In this document: in pieces, positions 1 through 41,899 of the stretch | How the letters are laid out: every line of letters begins with the position of its first letter | How positions within the stretch are numbered: the first letter of the stretch is position 1 | Assembly: GCA_963693365.1 (NCBI GenBank) | Contig: CAVNZM010000005.1 | Location: 5,525,167-5,589,166 of the forward strand | Origin: Amoebidium appalachense | Lineage: Eukaryota > Protista > Ichthyosporea | Length of the DNA stretch: 64,000 nt | Reading direction: 5' to 3' | The notes under the pieces: model-generated | What the model was told of the DNA's origin: nothing | Databases searched by the model: none | What the model saw: the letters and a program-made list of their open reading frames with translations, nothing else | Made by a program: the position numbers and the translations under genes

Positions 1-173
1 TACATGTAAAAATCAATGTTACTCTTACGTGGTTTATCTTCTGCCCTCACCCTTGCCCCTCCCATCTCCCGCCCTCCCTATTTCCCCCCCTTATCAACCT
101 CTCACCACCCCCAGATTACCGTTCCATCTTTACTCCCCCTGCAATGCACATCCAATTCCCCAAAACCCCCCCC

Positions 174-209
<36 letters not shown>

Positions 210-413
210 GGCCCGCTTCCCCTGCATGCTCTTTGTGTATGTGCTATGCTGAAAATGTGTTGTGTTGTCCATTGTGAATGTGCACCTCATACTCTGTAGC
301 ACATTCTAACCCCCCCCCCCCCCCCCCCCCTCCCTCCCTTCCTCCCCCCCCCCCCCCCCCTCCCCCCCACCCCCGCCACCCCCCCCCACACACACATCCA
401 CTCACCAAAACAG

Positions 414-18545
<18,132 letters not shown>

Positions 18546-18624
18546 GCAACATGTGGTTGCACTGGAGACATCTTGCCATCACACGATCGCCTATGGTATT
18601 ATTATGCTGGAGGGGACGAGAAAA

Positions 18625-18676
<52 letters not shown>

Positions 18677-19012
18677 TTATTTGCCCGATCGATAAGAGCT
18701 GAAGGATGAAGCTGTAATCGGACTGTGACAGTTGCGAACCAGCGTGCCAACTGCATTCATTCGACTGTACATAGCAGGCCTATAATAGAGTTGAGGGTAA
18801 GAAGGCGGATGGGCCATGGAACGGTCTGGCGCAATTCAGATGACATTGTGCAAATGATGTACAATCCCTATTTTTCAGTGATTGTGTGCACAAACTGTGC
18901 ATGTGCAAAACACTGGCACGTGTACACAACGCAAACTGAGGGAGAGAATGAGGGGGGGGAGGTCTGGGGGGAGGGGAGAGAGAGAGAGAGAGGCACACGC
19001 ACGCGTACACAA

Positions 19013-19050
<38 letters not shown>

Positions 19051-19848
19051 TGAAACATACTGCCACGTCCCCCAAGGTGAACTGTAGCTGTTTTGCTGGT
19101 GTTGCAGGCCTACCGCCGACATCCACTTGCAACCTGACTTGTATATGGATGACACGCAACACAGGAACTCCCGCCCACGGAGGTTATAAAGTATGTATGT
19201 ATACCAAGAGTTTTCTGTGATTTGCGAGGATTGTTGAAGTACAGCATGATCAAGGAAAACACACCATTGCAGTGGACGTGCACGAGTCACTGCATTGACA
19301 GTCGACTGTGTGTATAAACTGCAACGATTTAGTCTATAGTGTATGACGTCACGTACTATTAGATTTTAGCCTTGATTGTGAGAGTTCTTCTGTTCTGTTT
19401 TGTGTCGATGGGTTTATCAGTCCTGTCGTGTTAGACTATTAACGTCTGGAAAACGTTGCGTTGGGTGCGTGCGTGCGACCGTCACATAGAGTGTTGATAC
19501 TGCCCGGACGAAGTGGTTTTATTAGTAGGCGAGGATGGTTGTTGTTAGGACATAGTGTGATGATGTTGAACAGGTGGAACCAAAACCAGTGTGGGAGCAA
19601 GAGATGTTCAATTGCAAGGGAGTCACTTTCAAGCTTTTATAGCCATTGGGCTGACTATGGATAACATATGCACGGGTTTTCGAGCCCCTTTATAATTCGG
19701 GTTTTCTCGCTTTCAAGCCAGTTTTTAGAGTCAGCACATGATGTAAGCCTATAGCCTCAGTTACCTTTTCCGACCTTTTTGAACCTCTCATTCTATGCTT
19801 GTCACATGTCGTCCGCTGTGCTTGTGACAGATTTCAAAAGCACGAAAC

Positions 19849-21130
19849 ATGAATGTCATTCGAGAAAACCAGCCCGTTTTGACGGCTAGTTTGTCGAATT
19901 CTGCTGGAGAGAGGGACAATCATCTCCCAGCAACATCACACTTAGGTGCACCAGTAGATGTTAGAGAGAACGTGAACGGACATGAAGACAAAGGAAAAGT
20001 GGTTAGGAACTCCAACCCTTCAAACTCGAGGGAATCTTTGACATGCTCGCCAAGAATAGAGGTGGGGGGTTTTGGAAACCCAAACTTCCTGCGACTTATA
20101 AGCATGGAGAGTGGGAAAGTTGAGCATTCTGGCGCGAGTCAAAACAGGGCTTCGGACCAACATGGAAAATTGCGGGTTAGCCAGATCAGGCCACCGGCAA
20201 GTGCAGGGGAGGAAATAATAGGTAGTGTTAGTAGGGATGCGCTTGTGAATGGAGCTGTATACGGCGATCACTCTGATGTTATTGGAAGGTCACATTCCTT
20301 TCCTAGTAGCTTGAACGAGTTGGAAAGTGTAGATGGGGAAAATTGCATGTTTAGAGGGGTCGAAGACGGATGGGAGGTGGTTGAAATCGACGAGAATGGT
20401 TTGGCTGTTAGCCCTGAACCATCGGCGCTGGCCGGTATAAGAGGCGCAAGAGCAGAGTCTTTGGGATCGAAACTTTCACGGAGATTGAAGAAGAAGCTTA
20501 GCATTAACGTTTCCAATTTGGTCGATTCCGTCACCACTCCCATCATTTCCCCGGCTTCTGGACGGAGAGCGGAGCCGCCGGCACTTGTAAAACATGCGGA
20601 GGAAGCTGTACCGAAGGATCAGGACGATGAGGAAGAAGCGCATTTCTTCGTTTACAGGGTGGTAATGGTGAAGAAGGAAGGGTCCGGGCAGTTGATGTAC
20701 AAGTACAAGACCAAGAGGAAGTACGAGGTGGTGTTGAAGGTGTCCATGAGCGGCTTGCTGGTGTTAGACAGGAAAACATTGGCAAAGTTGCACGAGTATA
20801 GTTTTCGGCAACTCAATGCAATCACACTGAAAGGTAAAACTGCGCTATCCCCCCTCTACCTTCTCTTTCTCCCCCCTCCAACCTCCCCCCCTTCCCCCCC
20901 CCCCCCCCCCCCCCCCACGCACACACACACACCCACGCCACCCCCCACCCTCCCCTGGGCATCCCATACTACTGAGGAGAAAGAAAGGACAGGGGGACGA
21001 GGCAATTGAGGGGAGAGGATGAACACAAAGGGGGGGGGGGGGGGGGGGGGGGGAGTTCGACACACACACACATGCACACACACACGTTTTCTTACTCTCT
21101 TCCTCCCTGCCTGCCTCCCTCCCCCCTTCT

Positions 21131-21204
<74 letters not shown>

Positions 21205-21697
21205 CTCCCTCCCTCCCTCCTTCTCGTTTATATATCCGTACATCCGTCTCTCTCTCTGTCGGCTTGTCTGTCTCTCTTCTCATGCATATATGTCTGGCTT
21301 ACTGTCTGTCTGTCTGCTCGGTTGTCTGTCTCCCTTCGCCTTCTCCCCCCCGCCCCCCCACACACACACATCTTCACTGTTTTGCTCACCTTGCTTGCAT
21401 AGGCAACCCTGCTCGTCTTTGATCAAGACGGGTTGACCCTCCCAAGTTCAGTTGATGCTGCTGTCTGAGTTGGAGAGTCGTATATACGCGGGGCTAAGGG
21501 GTCGAAACTCAGATGCAATTGATGACTTGGGTCCTTTCTGAGGATGGGCTCTGCATATGACGCATACTGTGCGCATGGCTGATGTTGCATACTTGAATGT
21601 TTGTCTTTGCATGTGTCCTGCACCATGCTTCTCATCGTGTATGAGTACTTCGTACCGTGTTCCGCATTCAAACCCCCCCCCCCCCCCCCGACCCCCT

Positions 21698-21738
<41 letters not shown>

Positions 21739-21875
21739 GCAGGGAGAGGGGAGGGGGGGGGGGGGGAGGGGGGTGGAGGGGGAGGGGGGTGGATGCGCTC
21801 AGGGAGCTTGCTTGAATGCCATGCCTTTCTCGCAATCCCCAAATATATTCTTCCTCCTCCCTCCTTTTTTTTTTT

Positions 21876-21907
<32 letters not shown>

Positions 21908-22703
21908 GTTTTCCTCTACATTAACCTTTGTGCGGACCTCCCCTCCCCCTTAGTTGAATGGGTCGAAACTCGGGTACTGTGGATGACTAGGGGCCCCACC
22001 CTGATGATGGGCTCTGCTTATGATGCATACTTTTTTATCTGTGGTTTGCACTCTGCATTGTGTTGGTCGTCATGAGTGTGTACTTCGTACTCTATAACAC
22101 ATTCTGATCTCCCCCCCCCCCCGCGGGAGGCGATGTAACCTCTGTGTGTGTGTGAAAGGGGATTCTGGAAAGAGGTTGTGCTGGCAGGGGGGAGGGGGGG
22201 GGGATGATAGAAATTGGCCATCCTAGACTTTTTTTTTTTTTGTGTGTCTGTGTGTGTGTGGGGGGGGGGGGGGGGAGGGGGAGGGAGGGGGGGGGGATGG
22301 GAAGGTGTATGTGTCTGGTGGGGTGGGGGGGGGGGGGGGGGGGGAGGGAGGGAGGGGGGAATGTGCATGTGCATGTGCACACATGTGCACATGGCTAACC
22401 AATGGATATTGTCACTCACATGCAGTAGGTTAACATTCAGAACCATAGCAGGTGCTTCTATTCTCTAGTGTGTTCTTATCCCCCCCTAACTCTTTCATGT
22501 TCTATTTTCTCTTTTTTCTTTTGCTCTATTTTCTTTTCTTTTTTTTTTCTCTTTTTTTCCTGTTTTCTAATTTTATTTTTCTATTGTCAGACACGGGCAA
22601 GGAGAGTAAGATGCGCATCATAGCCTTTGAGCTCTCTCTGGAGGAGGGCCCGGGGGTGGCAGCTTTTGCTTCGTTCCAGTGTGCAGAGGTAGTGGAGCGG
22701 GTC

Positions 22704-22750
<47 letters not shown>

Positions 22751-22938
22751 TGTGTGTGTGTGCGCTCGTGCACGTGTGGTTTTCGGTTTTGTTTTGTTTT
22801 TTTTTGTTTTTTTTTTTGGGGGGGGGGGGTGGCGGGGGAGTAGGGAAGAAAGGAGGAGGGGGTTGGGGGGGGAGGGCAAGTGTGTTGTGGTGGGATTGGG
22901 AACAGGGTTTGGAGACGGTGGTTGTGGTGGTGGAGAGA

Positions 22939-22974
<36 letters not shown>

Positions 22975-23078
22975 ACAGGCGCTGTCTAGGAGAATGGAGT
23001 TGAGGACTTGGGAAGGATGAAGGTGATTTGGGTGTTGTGCTTGTTTGTTAGGGGTATGTGTTTGTGTGTGTGTGTGCG

Positions 23079-23120
<42 letters not shown>

Positions 23121-23358
23121 GGGGGGGGGGGAGGGGGGGGTTGTCTATGTGTGCGTGTAAGGTGAACGTATTTGGTGTTGGTGTGAGTGAGTGTGAGAAG
23201 ATGTGTGCGTATGTAAGAAGTGAGCATAGTTTGTGTGTGTGTGTTGGGGGGGGGGGGGGGGGTTACATTTGCGTGTGTAAGAAGGTGAGTGTTCTGAGCA
23301 CATACACAATGTTTATGTTTTGTGTGCCTGTGTGTGTCTGTGTTTTTTTTTTTCCTTT

Positions 23359-23440
<82 letters not shown>

Positions 23441-23989
23441 TATAGGAAATGTGGAGGGGCAGTGTATGTGTTTGTTTTTCTGTGCCTGCAGGCACCCAAG
23501 GATGCGCAATAATTCTTTGCCAGCGCACACTCTCACTTGCTGTCTCTCTGGCTGTTTGTCTCTCTTGTGTGTGTGTGTGTGTGTTTGTGTGTGTGCACGT
23601 GCATACGTCTGTGTGTGCACGTATATGTGTGAGTGTGCATGTGTGTGTATGCGCCTTGTGTGTGTATGGATACATGGATTTGCGGCTGTGCGGTTGTGCG
23701 CATGTGCACATGTATGCATGCCCATGTGTGTGTGCGCGCCTATCTGATGAAGGTGCCCCTCGCGTACGTTTAGGCTTAGTGTCATGCTTGTGCTCTGTGC
23801 GTACTAATGAATGTAACCTGACATTTTTTTAACGCCTCCAAACAGAACCTGATGAGAAAAGGGCGGTACGCAGGCCTGGTGTGATTGAAACGAACCGCAT
23901 TCACACAGGGAAGAAAAGGATAGAAAGTGTTTGCTCGTTCTGTTTTCCCCTCCTATTCTCCCTTCTGAGGGTGTGTGTTGATGTGTGTG

Positions 23990-24035
<46 letters not shown>

Positions 24036-24206
24036 CTTGGTTTTGGGGTGGGGTGGGGTGGGTGCACTGTGGTATATTTAGTACGGATTAGGAGCATAGC
24101 ATGTGCACGTGTGTGTGTGTTGGTGTGGAACGTTGGGAGTGGGGGGTGCTATGTGATGCTAGTCACACACACGTACACATGTCCTCAGTATGCACGCACA
24201 CATACA

Positions 24207-24268
<62 letters not shown>

Positions 24269-24472
24269 GAACTTAGCCAAACACCCATACAAGATACACA
24301 TTTTGACCCCTAAGAGGGCCATTCTTGGTATGTTGAATTGATTTGTTGCCATTTTTGAATGACTTTAGAATAGTCAATGGTTATTAGTAATGCCAATAAT
24401 AGTTGTCACGTGTATCTCAAGCACACGCTCGCTTTGTGCGCTCGTAGGTTAAGGTATCATCAGCAAATTTAG
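19849..24472 (+). CDS. Protein with long disordered N-terminus and C-terminal PH-superfamily (PTB/FERM-C-like) domain
   Basis: Repeat-free 985-nt first exon 19849-20833, then in-frame exons 22591-22707, 23492-23553, 23846-23865, 24448-24472 (last three less certain). The segment EVVLKVSMSGLLVLDRKTLAKLHEYSFRQL...IIAFEL...FASFQ resembles the FERM-C/PTB beta-sandwich. Confidence 0.65.
21402..21672 (+). mobile_element. Longest copy of a dispersed structured repeat (putative SINE-like element, 3' end at poly-C), young subfamily
   Basis: Near-identical over the shared span to 31106-31348(-), 12444-12590 and 42736-42885. Ends ...gtgttccgcattcaaa followed by a C-run. Confidence 0.75.
21951..22107 (+). 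repeat. Dispersed repeat, old subfamily
   Basis: ggtcgaaactcgggtactgtggatgac is identical to 11924-11950. 3' end acattctga followed by a C-run. Confidence 0.7.
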
Positions 24473-24514
24473 CCCATACATACGAATGCTTAGTCTAGAC
24501 TTCAAACACATCGA

Positions 24515-24570
<56 letters not shown>

Positions 24571-25173
24571 ACACGTACACGTACACGTACACGTACATGT
24601 ACACATACACATACACATACACATACACATACACGCGCACGCGCACGCGCACGCGCACACAAACACATGTGCGCACACAAATACACACATGCACACATCA
24701 TTTGCCGTTAGAGTAGAACTTAATTCTTTAGCCAACATCAATGAATGCATGTTTCGTCCCTGTGTCCATTTCTACCCTGCCTCCTTTTTCGGCTCCGATG
24801 TTTCTCCCCCGAATTAAATAGAATGGTACTTTTTGTAACCATAATAACTTTCGTATAATGTTACTTTGTTCCAGGAATAACTCACGTAATTATCTAATAA
24901 TTTGTAAATATGGCAGTAAAATATGGTGGAGTGATAATTAATATGAACACCCAAAGGAAAATTGGGGTTAGAATGTATACACCCCGCTGTCTCGGTGTCT
25001 CAGTATTGTAAAAGATTCGCAGCTTAGCGTATGTGACTTTTTTGGTGCCATGTTTTCTTGTATGTGTTCATATATGCATATAGTTTGGGTGTGGTGTGCT
25101 GTAATGGGCGACATGGTGTGTGTGTGTGTGTAAATTCGGTTGAGAGTGAGTGCCATGTGCGTGGCCCATATGT

Positions 25174-25204
<31 letters not shown>

Positions 25205-26996
25205 GGGGGGGATAACTTAAATTGGAGGGAGGTGGGGTCACCTATATGGTGTGTGCTTTCGTAGGTGCGTGTGAAGCTATTGTGCGCGGGGCCTAGGAAC
25301 GACTCAGAGGTTTGGAGGGGCTGATCGGGGGGAGGGGGGGGGGATGAAGGGGCACAAGTGCTGTAGCTGGCGGGTGCTACGGTAGAATCTAACTAGGGTA
25401 TGCCCGGGCGATGATCATGTCTATGTTGACCAAGTGCAAGTGCATATGGACATGGCCCAGGTGTGATCATGAGGGGATGTGCACGTGTTGGAATTGCATA
25501 CGTAGGTACGTGACATTGCTGAATAATATGCCTAAAACGGCTGTTCTTGTGTGTTCCTTTTGTCGCGTTGTGTACGTACATGTGATACATCTTATGATGA
25601 TCGACGGAACATTGACAATGCGTACACATGTATCATAACCTACGGGGTTACGTACAAAGGCAACTAGCGAGTTGTGAATGGCTTTGTGGCAAAATTTAAA
25701 TACGGTACTATATAGCTACGTATGAAGCAATGTCAGCTTGCATGTGTGACCGATGGCTGTATGTACGTATGCATGCATGTGCATTCAAGTTAATGTGGCA
25801 CTGTTTCGCTATAGCCTTCTGAGACTCGTGACTATCATCTCCCTGCCCCCCCGCCCCCACCCCCTCACCTCCGGCAACCCCCCCCCCCCCCCCCCCCCCT
25901 CCCTCGGCCCCCCCCCGTATACGTATATACACACACACCAAAAAAAAAAAAAAAAAAAAAAACTCTACTGCGGCGGCGGGCGGGCAGGCGGGTGTGTGTG
26001 TGCCAAGGGGGGGGGGGGGGGAGGGGGGGGGGGGGGGGGTATATCATGTGTCCGGGTATTCTCATGATCACTCATCCACAGACCACGGTGACCTGCCGGG
26101 CATGCAGGACGCGCCATCAAAATATAAGGGCCATGCACTGATGACTTTCGGCACCCCATATCGAGGGGGTGAACAGGAACAGATGAATCAACGAGAAATC
26201 ACGGGAATAGGGAGTAGGTTTTGCAATGTGCAATCGACTGGTGTGTCTCGAACTCGGCGTATACGGTGTCCAAAAAAAACTCGGCGTATACGGTGTCCAA
26301 AAAAAAAAAAAAAAAGTTATATATATCCACATGTGATGATCATATTGTTATGTCGTTTTCTACATGTTCACGTGTACCTTGTTGGGTGGAAGTACTGTTG
26401 GCCTTGGTACAAGGACCTCAGATCACATACCGTTAACAAAGAGCCCCCCCCCCCCCCCCCCCCCCCCCCCGGGTCCCCCCTCTTCCCTCCCTCCCCAATA
26501 ATGTATTTAATTACCGCCATGCAATCATATTATTTATTGTTTCATCCGGGCCAGCAGGGTATCTTGATAATGGTCATACTTACAAACTTTTGAAGAGTCA
26601 AACTTTGGGGCATACATACATTAATGTGTAAGTGCTGGTCTTTTAGATTGGGAATAGTACATGTGTTGAGAAGTCACACACTTTAATAATAAAATATTAG
26701 ATATCTGTGACATCTCCTTTCTTCTTGCCCTTTGAGTGCATCAAAAAACTTACCAAAAACAAAACTAAAACCGGCACACAAAAATACACACAGTGTCCTC
26801 AAAAAGAAACCATAATTGTCTTCATACTAAGTGAGTAATTTAGAAGCAGTTTGCAACGTCACCCAATCTGCTGCAACATTCAACACCCATTCGGAATTCG
26901 AAATACATAGTGTGTGTTGATAGGTGGTACTACTAGATTGGAGCAACTTGAAGGAGTGTTTTGGCAACGTGTGCGTGTGCATGTGTGTGTGTGTGT

Positions 26997-27086
<90 letters not shown>

Positions 27087-27267
27087 CACTGTGTGTGTCT
27101 GTGTGTGTGTGTGTGTGTGTGTATGTGTGTGTTTGTTTGTTTTTTTTTTGGGGGGGGGGGGGGGGGGGATGGTGGTCATTTAAGCTATGAGAAACATAAT
27201 GAGACCTTGGGCCTGATGTCCGCGGATGGCCTTGAGGATGGTCTTATCAATTCACTGTCCACTTGAT

Positions 27268-36755
<9,488 letters not shown>

Positions 36756-37019
36756 CTTGACTTGTGAACTTTATTTGAGGTCACACATTGCTCAAGGTGA
36801 AGCCTTGTATGTCCATGCAAAAAAAAAAAAAAAAAAAAAAAGCGAATGCTGCGGAACTCCTGGCTTTTAGTACAGCCTTTGGTGCATAAAATAGCAAGCA
36901 TATAATGAAAGAGATGAAAACTTTGCAATCCTAGTCCTCTGTCTAACGGCCGGTCATCCTCCTTTCCACCCGTGGCCGGACTCCTCTGACCAGGGGGGGG
37001 GGGGTCTTATCACATGATC

Positions 37020-37058
37020 TCGCGCCAAAATCTCATCGCGCCCAATGATTGGCGCCAA
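37020..37058. promoter_or_regulatory. E2F-like sites plus CCAAT boxes in the divergent FANCL / DHHC intergenic region
   Basis: cgcgccaaaa (reverse complement TTTTGGCGCG fits TTTSSCGC), cgcgccc, palindromic ttggcgccaa, plus ccaat and attgg, all within 40 bp, about 265 bp upstream of the FANCL ATG. Confidence 0.5.
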
Positions 37059-37407
37059 GTTATGGGTCATTTAGTGATAGGCACAGAGAGTACATGATAA
37101 TATCTGCTTTTAGTTTTTTGGGAATTAATTGTTGTGTTTTCAAAACGTTTTAGTTTAAGATTAAAATTTATACTCTATAAGATAACACTCAGTCTGGAAT
37201 GTTTGGAATGTTTTTCGCAAATCGGCGAGGTTTGCCCGGGGCAAATCGGCGAGGAACTCAGGACATATCAAGAGCAGGGCTGATTACCTTAAATCAGGAT
37301 CCCGGCTGGCTTGGCAAGAACAATCACGGCCCTCTTTTTTTCCTAACACGTACTGACGTGTTGCCGCACGTGCGACGTTTTAACATCTACTCAGGCGTCC
37401 CTTTTAA

Positions 37408-37439
<32 letters not shown>

Positions 37440-37737
37440 AAAGGAGACACCGCCTCAGTAGGTGGTAGCTTTTTTTCAGAGGGCCGTGGAACAATGCACC
37501 CCTGTATCCGTGCAGGTCTATCTGTTCTCCTGCAGCCAATCAGAACAAGGAGTCGTATGCCACTATACACCTGCCTATTGCTCTACACTTCAATAGCATT
37601 TTACGTTCTCTCTATCGGCATTATATATTATAAGCTAAAGCTATACATCAACGTTGACTTATCGGCCATGTTGCCCTTGTAAATTTCGACTTCCTTTTCT
37701 CAATGGCAGCACCACACTTTAGAAGGATACAAGCAAC

Positions 37738-38860
37738 ATGCAGGAGATAACGTGGATAGACCGCCTTCAGGCAGTCCAGCAGTTTGTGGTGATCCGCTTT
37801 CTGGGACCCCTGCTGGTGGCACTGTTCCTTAGCATCGTGGCAGGTAAATTGCAGCCCCCGTCCCCCCCCCCCCCCCCCCCCCCTCCCCCCCCCCCCCCCC
37901 TTCCCTTCCTTCCCCCCTCCCCCACCCTCCCCCCGCCACACGCTTTCCCTTTTTGTTCGCGGAGGGACACACACGCAGGTATAAGCAAGTATTTGTACAA
38001 GCTGACACTCTGATGGCCATGCACACACACACTGCACCAAGACTTAAGGCACGTCGCCCTCCTCCACCTTTTAGAACACACACACGCTTGAGTAATGTGA
38101 CATGCACACATATACACATACCCACACACATCCCACAACACCACACATGCACTCGCGCACACACACACTTTAACACAATGTACCCCTGCCGCTTTAGAAG
38201 AGGAGAGAAGAGAGATTGATGGGTTTACATCCTTGGGTGCACCTAGATGTTTCCTCAGCACGTGTGACCCCTGCTCCTTATCCCCCTTCACTCGGGTTTG
38301 AACGTTAGAGAGAACATGTTCCATGAATTGCAGACGTGTGCTTCGGTTCAACTTTTCGGGTTGGAATTTCCGTCGTTTTTATGAGTGGCAACAGGTTTTC
38401 GCGGAGAGGTGGCTAATATGTGGGCGTTGCTTTTTGTCGACCTGTTCCGTTTTAGTGTTGAATAAACCTTGAGCCATACAAGGGGCGGGGCAGGGGGGGG
38501 GGGGGGGAGGGTGGTGCAAGGGGCAGGGCGCGGGAGGGGGGGGGGGAAGGCGGGGGGGGACCACAGTGCACCATGTGCCTGCGTGCTGTTGTGTTTTCAA
38601 ACTACGTGTGTAGACAAATAGTCTTTTTTTTTTTTTTTTTTTTTTTTGGGGGGGGGGGGGGGGGGGAACCTCCTCTTCGAGATTTCTGCAGTTTTCATGG
38701 AAGACCTTTAGATTCCCCCCCCCCCCCCCCCCCCCCCCCACCAAAAAAGGCCCTCTCTATAACTCCTGTGTGCCGTGTGCTTCCTTGGGTATATTTATAA
38801 ATATCATTGGATTCTACCCCCCCCCCCCCCAAAAAAAAAAAAAAGAAAAACAAAGAAAAA

Positions 38861-38920
<60 letters not shown>

Positions 38921-38929
38921 ACACACACG

Positions 38930-39004
<75 letters not shown>

Positions 39005-39031
39005 TCACTCACCGTCTCCTCCCCCTTACTC

Positions 39032-39062
<31 letters not shown>

Positions 39063-39557
39063 ACGCACACATATTCACCACACACATAACCCCTTCCCCC
39101 TCCCCCTTCCCCCCTCCCCCCCCCTCCCCCCGGACACCCCACCCGTCTGTAGTGTGCACTTCGTGCTATTAGACACATTCCATCCCCCTCCCCCCGTCCC
39201 CCTCTCTCTGATGCCCCCCTTCCACCATGCAAACCCTCCAATCCATACATCCCCCCCTCCATTACATCTTCCCCCTCCCCTCTCCTTCCCCCCCCCCCTC
39301 TCCCCCCACCCCCTCCCCCCTCTCCCCACCCTTCCCTCTACCCTACTGATGATGGGCTCTGCCTATTATACACACTATTTATGTGTGGTTTGCACTCTGC
39401 ATTGCGTCGCCGTTATGACTGTGTACGTCGTACTCTACAACACATCTAACCCTCCTCCCTCCCCCCCCCCTCCCCCCCCGCCTTGCCCCCCCCCCCCCCT
39501 CTTCCCTCCCCCCCTCCCCCCCCCCCCCCCGCCGCCTTCCCTCCCCCCCCCCCCTCT

Positions 39558-39593
<36 letters not shown>

Positions 39594-39890
39594 ATCCCCC
39601 AGGCTACATATACGTGTACATCTACACGCTTCTTCCATACTACACGGTGGAAAGCACCGTGGGGCTATGTTTCCACGTGGGTCTCTTTCTCCTGTTGTCT
39701 CTCAACACACTGTACAACTATGCAAAGTGTGTGACTGTTCGCCCGGGCACTACAAATAAGGTAAAATGTGAAAACCGGGATGCATTCACGTGTTGCATGG
39801 TATTTTGGCATCATTTTACTATTTTATCCCCCCCACCCCCCCCCCCCCCCCCCCCCCCCTTTCCCCCCCCCCCCCCCCCCCTTCCCCTCC

Positions 39891-39921
<31 letters not shown>

Positions 39922-40488
39922 AAAAAAAAAAAAAAAAACATGACGCCAAATAAATAGAAAGAAAGGACGAAGGAGGAAGGAGAAGGAAACCTATTTTTTT
40001 GTGGATGTATGGGAGCCTCTTGTTGGTGTGTGGAACCTCCCTTGATGGGCTCTGTTCAGGTGCTTCTTTGTTTTTCGTGCTCCGTTTTGTGTTCTTGTTT
40101 GTCGTCGTGCATGTATTTGCTTCCGTGTTTCTCACCGTCTCATGTGAGTCCCCCCCCCCCCCCCCCCCCCCCTCCCCTCGTGGTGTAGAGTAGAACAACC
40201 ATTCTACCTTGTTTGTACCTTGCTTGAACGCCTCAACTCCATTGCGTCTCCTCCCTCCCCCCCCCCCCCCTCCCCTTCTCCCTTCCCCGCTCTTCCTCCT
40301 CCCCCTCCCCCCCCCCCCCCCCCCTCCTCCCCGCCAAATACCCCCCACATCTAGCTTTTCTCACGAACGTATCTCGTTTACCCCTACCACTCACCCCCTC
40401 GGCCCCTTCCCTTCGTTCTTCGTCCATGCTAGCTTAAAACATGCGAGCATATGTTCTTCCTTTCATCTGTGCCCCCCAGCCGCCACCA

Positions 40489-40566
<78 letters not shown>

Positions 40567-41549
40567 CCCAGTTCAGATGCTTAGAACTCATTCGATGTAG
40601 GGAATGAATTCAACCGCCTCGGTGTCACTCTGTAGTTAATGAGTGTTCGAAGTCATAGGCTAAATAAGTTGATGATATCAGAAAGCCGGCATGTGCCCTC
40701 CCCCCCCCCCCCCCCCCCCCCCTCCTCCCCCCCCCCCCCCCCCCCAACCCTCCAGACCACAGACGCACAAAGTGGGATAGCCAATTAATCATTGTTTTCA
40801 GATTGCCGATTCGCAGCATTACGCCGACATCTCCTTCCATATATGCTCAAAATGTAAGTTCACCCAACGGTTATGTGCTCAGGAGAACAATTTCTGATCA
40901 TAATCTATCTGGGCTGATTTTTTCTTCCTTATTCTTTCTTTTTTGTTGTTGTTGTTTGTTTCCCCCTGTTTTCGTGACTGTCGGTCTACCACATGTCTGT
41001 CAGTCCAGGCAATCCTCTTTGTGGACCTTTGTGTGGGTGTTCGTTTGTGCATGTGCATGGGTGTTCGTTTGTGCATGTGCATGTGTGTGTGAGTGTGTGT
41101 GTTTGTGCGTGTGTGTGCTTGTTTGTGGATGGGTGTCTGTGATTTGCTGTGTGTATGCCTTCATGTGCGCCCGTTTGTGCGTGTATGCGGACGCACGCGC
41201 ATGTGTGTGCATGTGTGCGAGCTTGCGTTGATGTTTGTGTGCCCATGGATCTTTATGTTTGCAGGTGTGCATATATGTACGTGTTTGGATCTATGTGCAC
41301 ATCTACGTTCTTAGCACCTAAGTTTTGTCTTTTTTTACAATTTTTATCACATGCCTAACACTAGTTTGCCCCCCCACACTGCACCTATTCCCCTCGCCAG
41401 GTCAGCAGCCCAAGCCCCCCCGTGCACACCACTGTCGACTGTGCAACATCTGTGTGCTGAAGATGGACCACCACTGCCGTATGCCCCTTCCCCCCCCCCC
41501 CCCCCCCCCCCCCCCCCGGCTCCCCTCCCTCCACCCCTCCCCCTGTTCC

Positions 41550-41606
<57 letters not shown>

Positions 41607-41862
41607 GCTTTTGCTGTGTCGAAATACGGCTTGCTCGCGATGTGAAAGTCAAAGCGCGAATGCTGTTCATACACTCCCCCGCCCCGGTATAAGCCTCTAA
41701 TGCATGTGTCATCTCCCCCTCCCCCTTCCCCCGCTGTTCCGTGTTCTTGGTCTCTAGTGATTTTTTAGGTGCGTGGTGTGGCTGTGGTATGATTTTGGCT
41801 GCATGGATGGATGTGTAGGTGTGTAGGTGCACGATTATAGGCGTGGGCATGGGTTGGCGCAC

Positions 41863-41899
<37 letters not shown>

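Noticed and set aside
21430-21505. Canonical HDV-like ribozyme call
   Set aside because: Only the P4-J4/2-P2-like end fits. I found no P1/P3/P1.1 at the required spacing, and the putative catalytic C is not conserved across copies.
21495-21550. Hammerhead ribozyme in the dispersed element (cgaaac and ctga.gatg motifs)
   Set aside because: Order and pairing do not close stems I and II for type I, II or III topologies in any copy I tried.
26135-26230. Hammerhead at gcactgatga...gaaa
   Set aside because: Stems II and III do not pair convincingly.
37494-37554. Upstream coding exon for the DHHC gene
   Set aside because: Its donor phase matches no acceptor in frame with 37738; could be UTR or a uORF.
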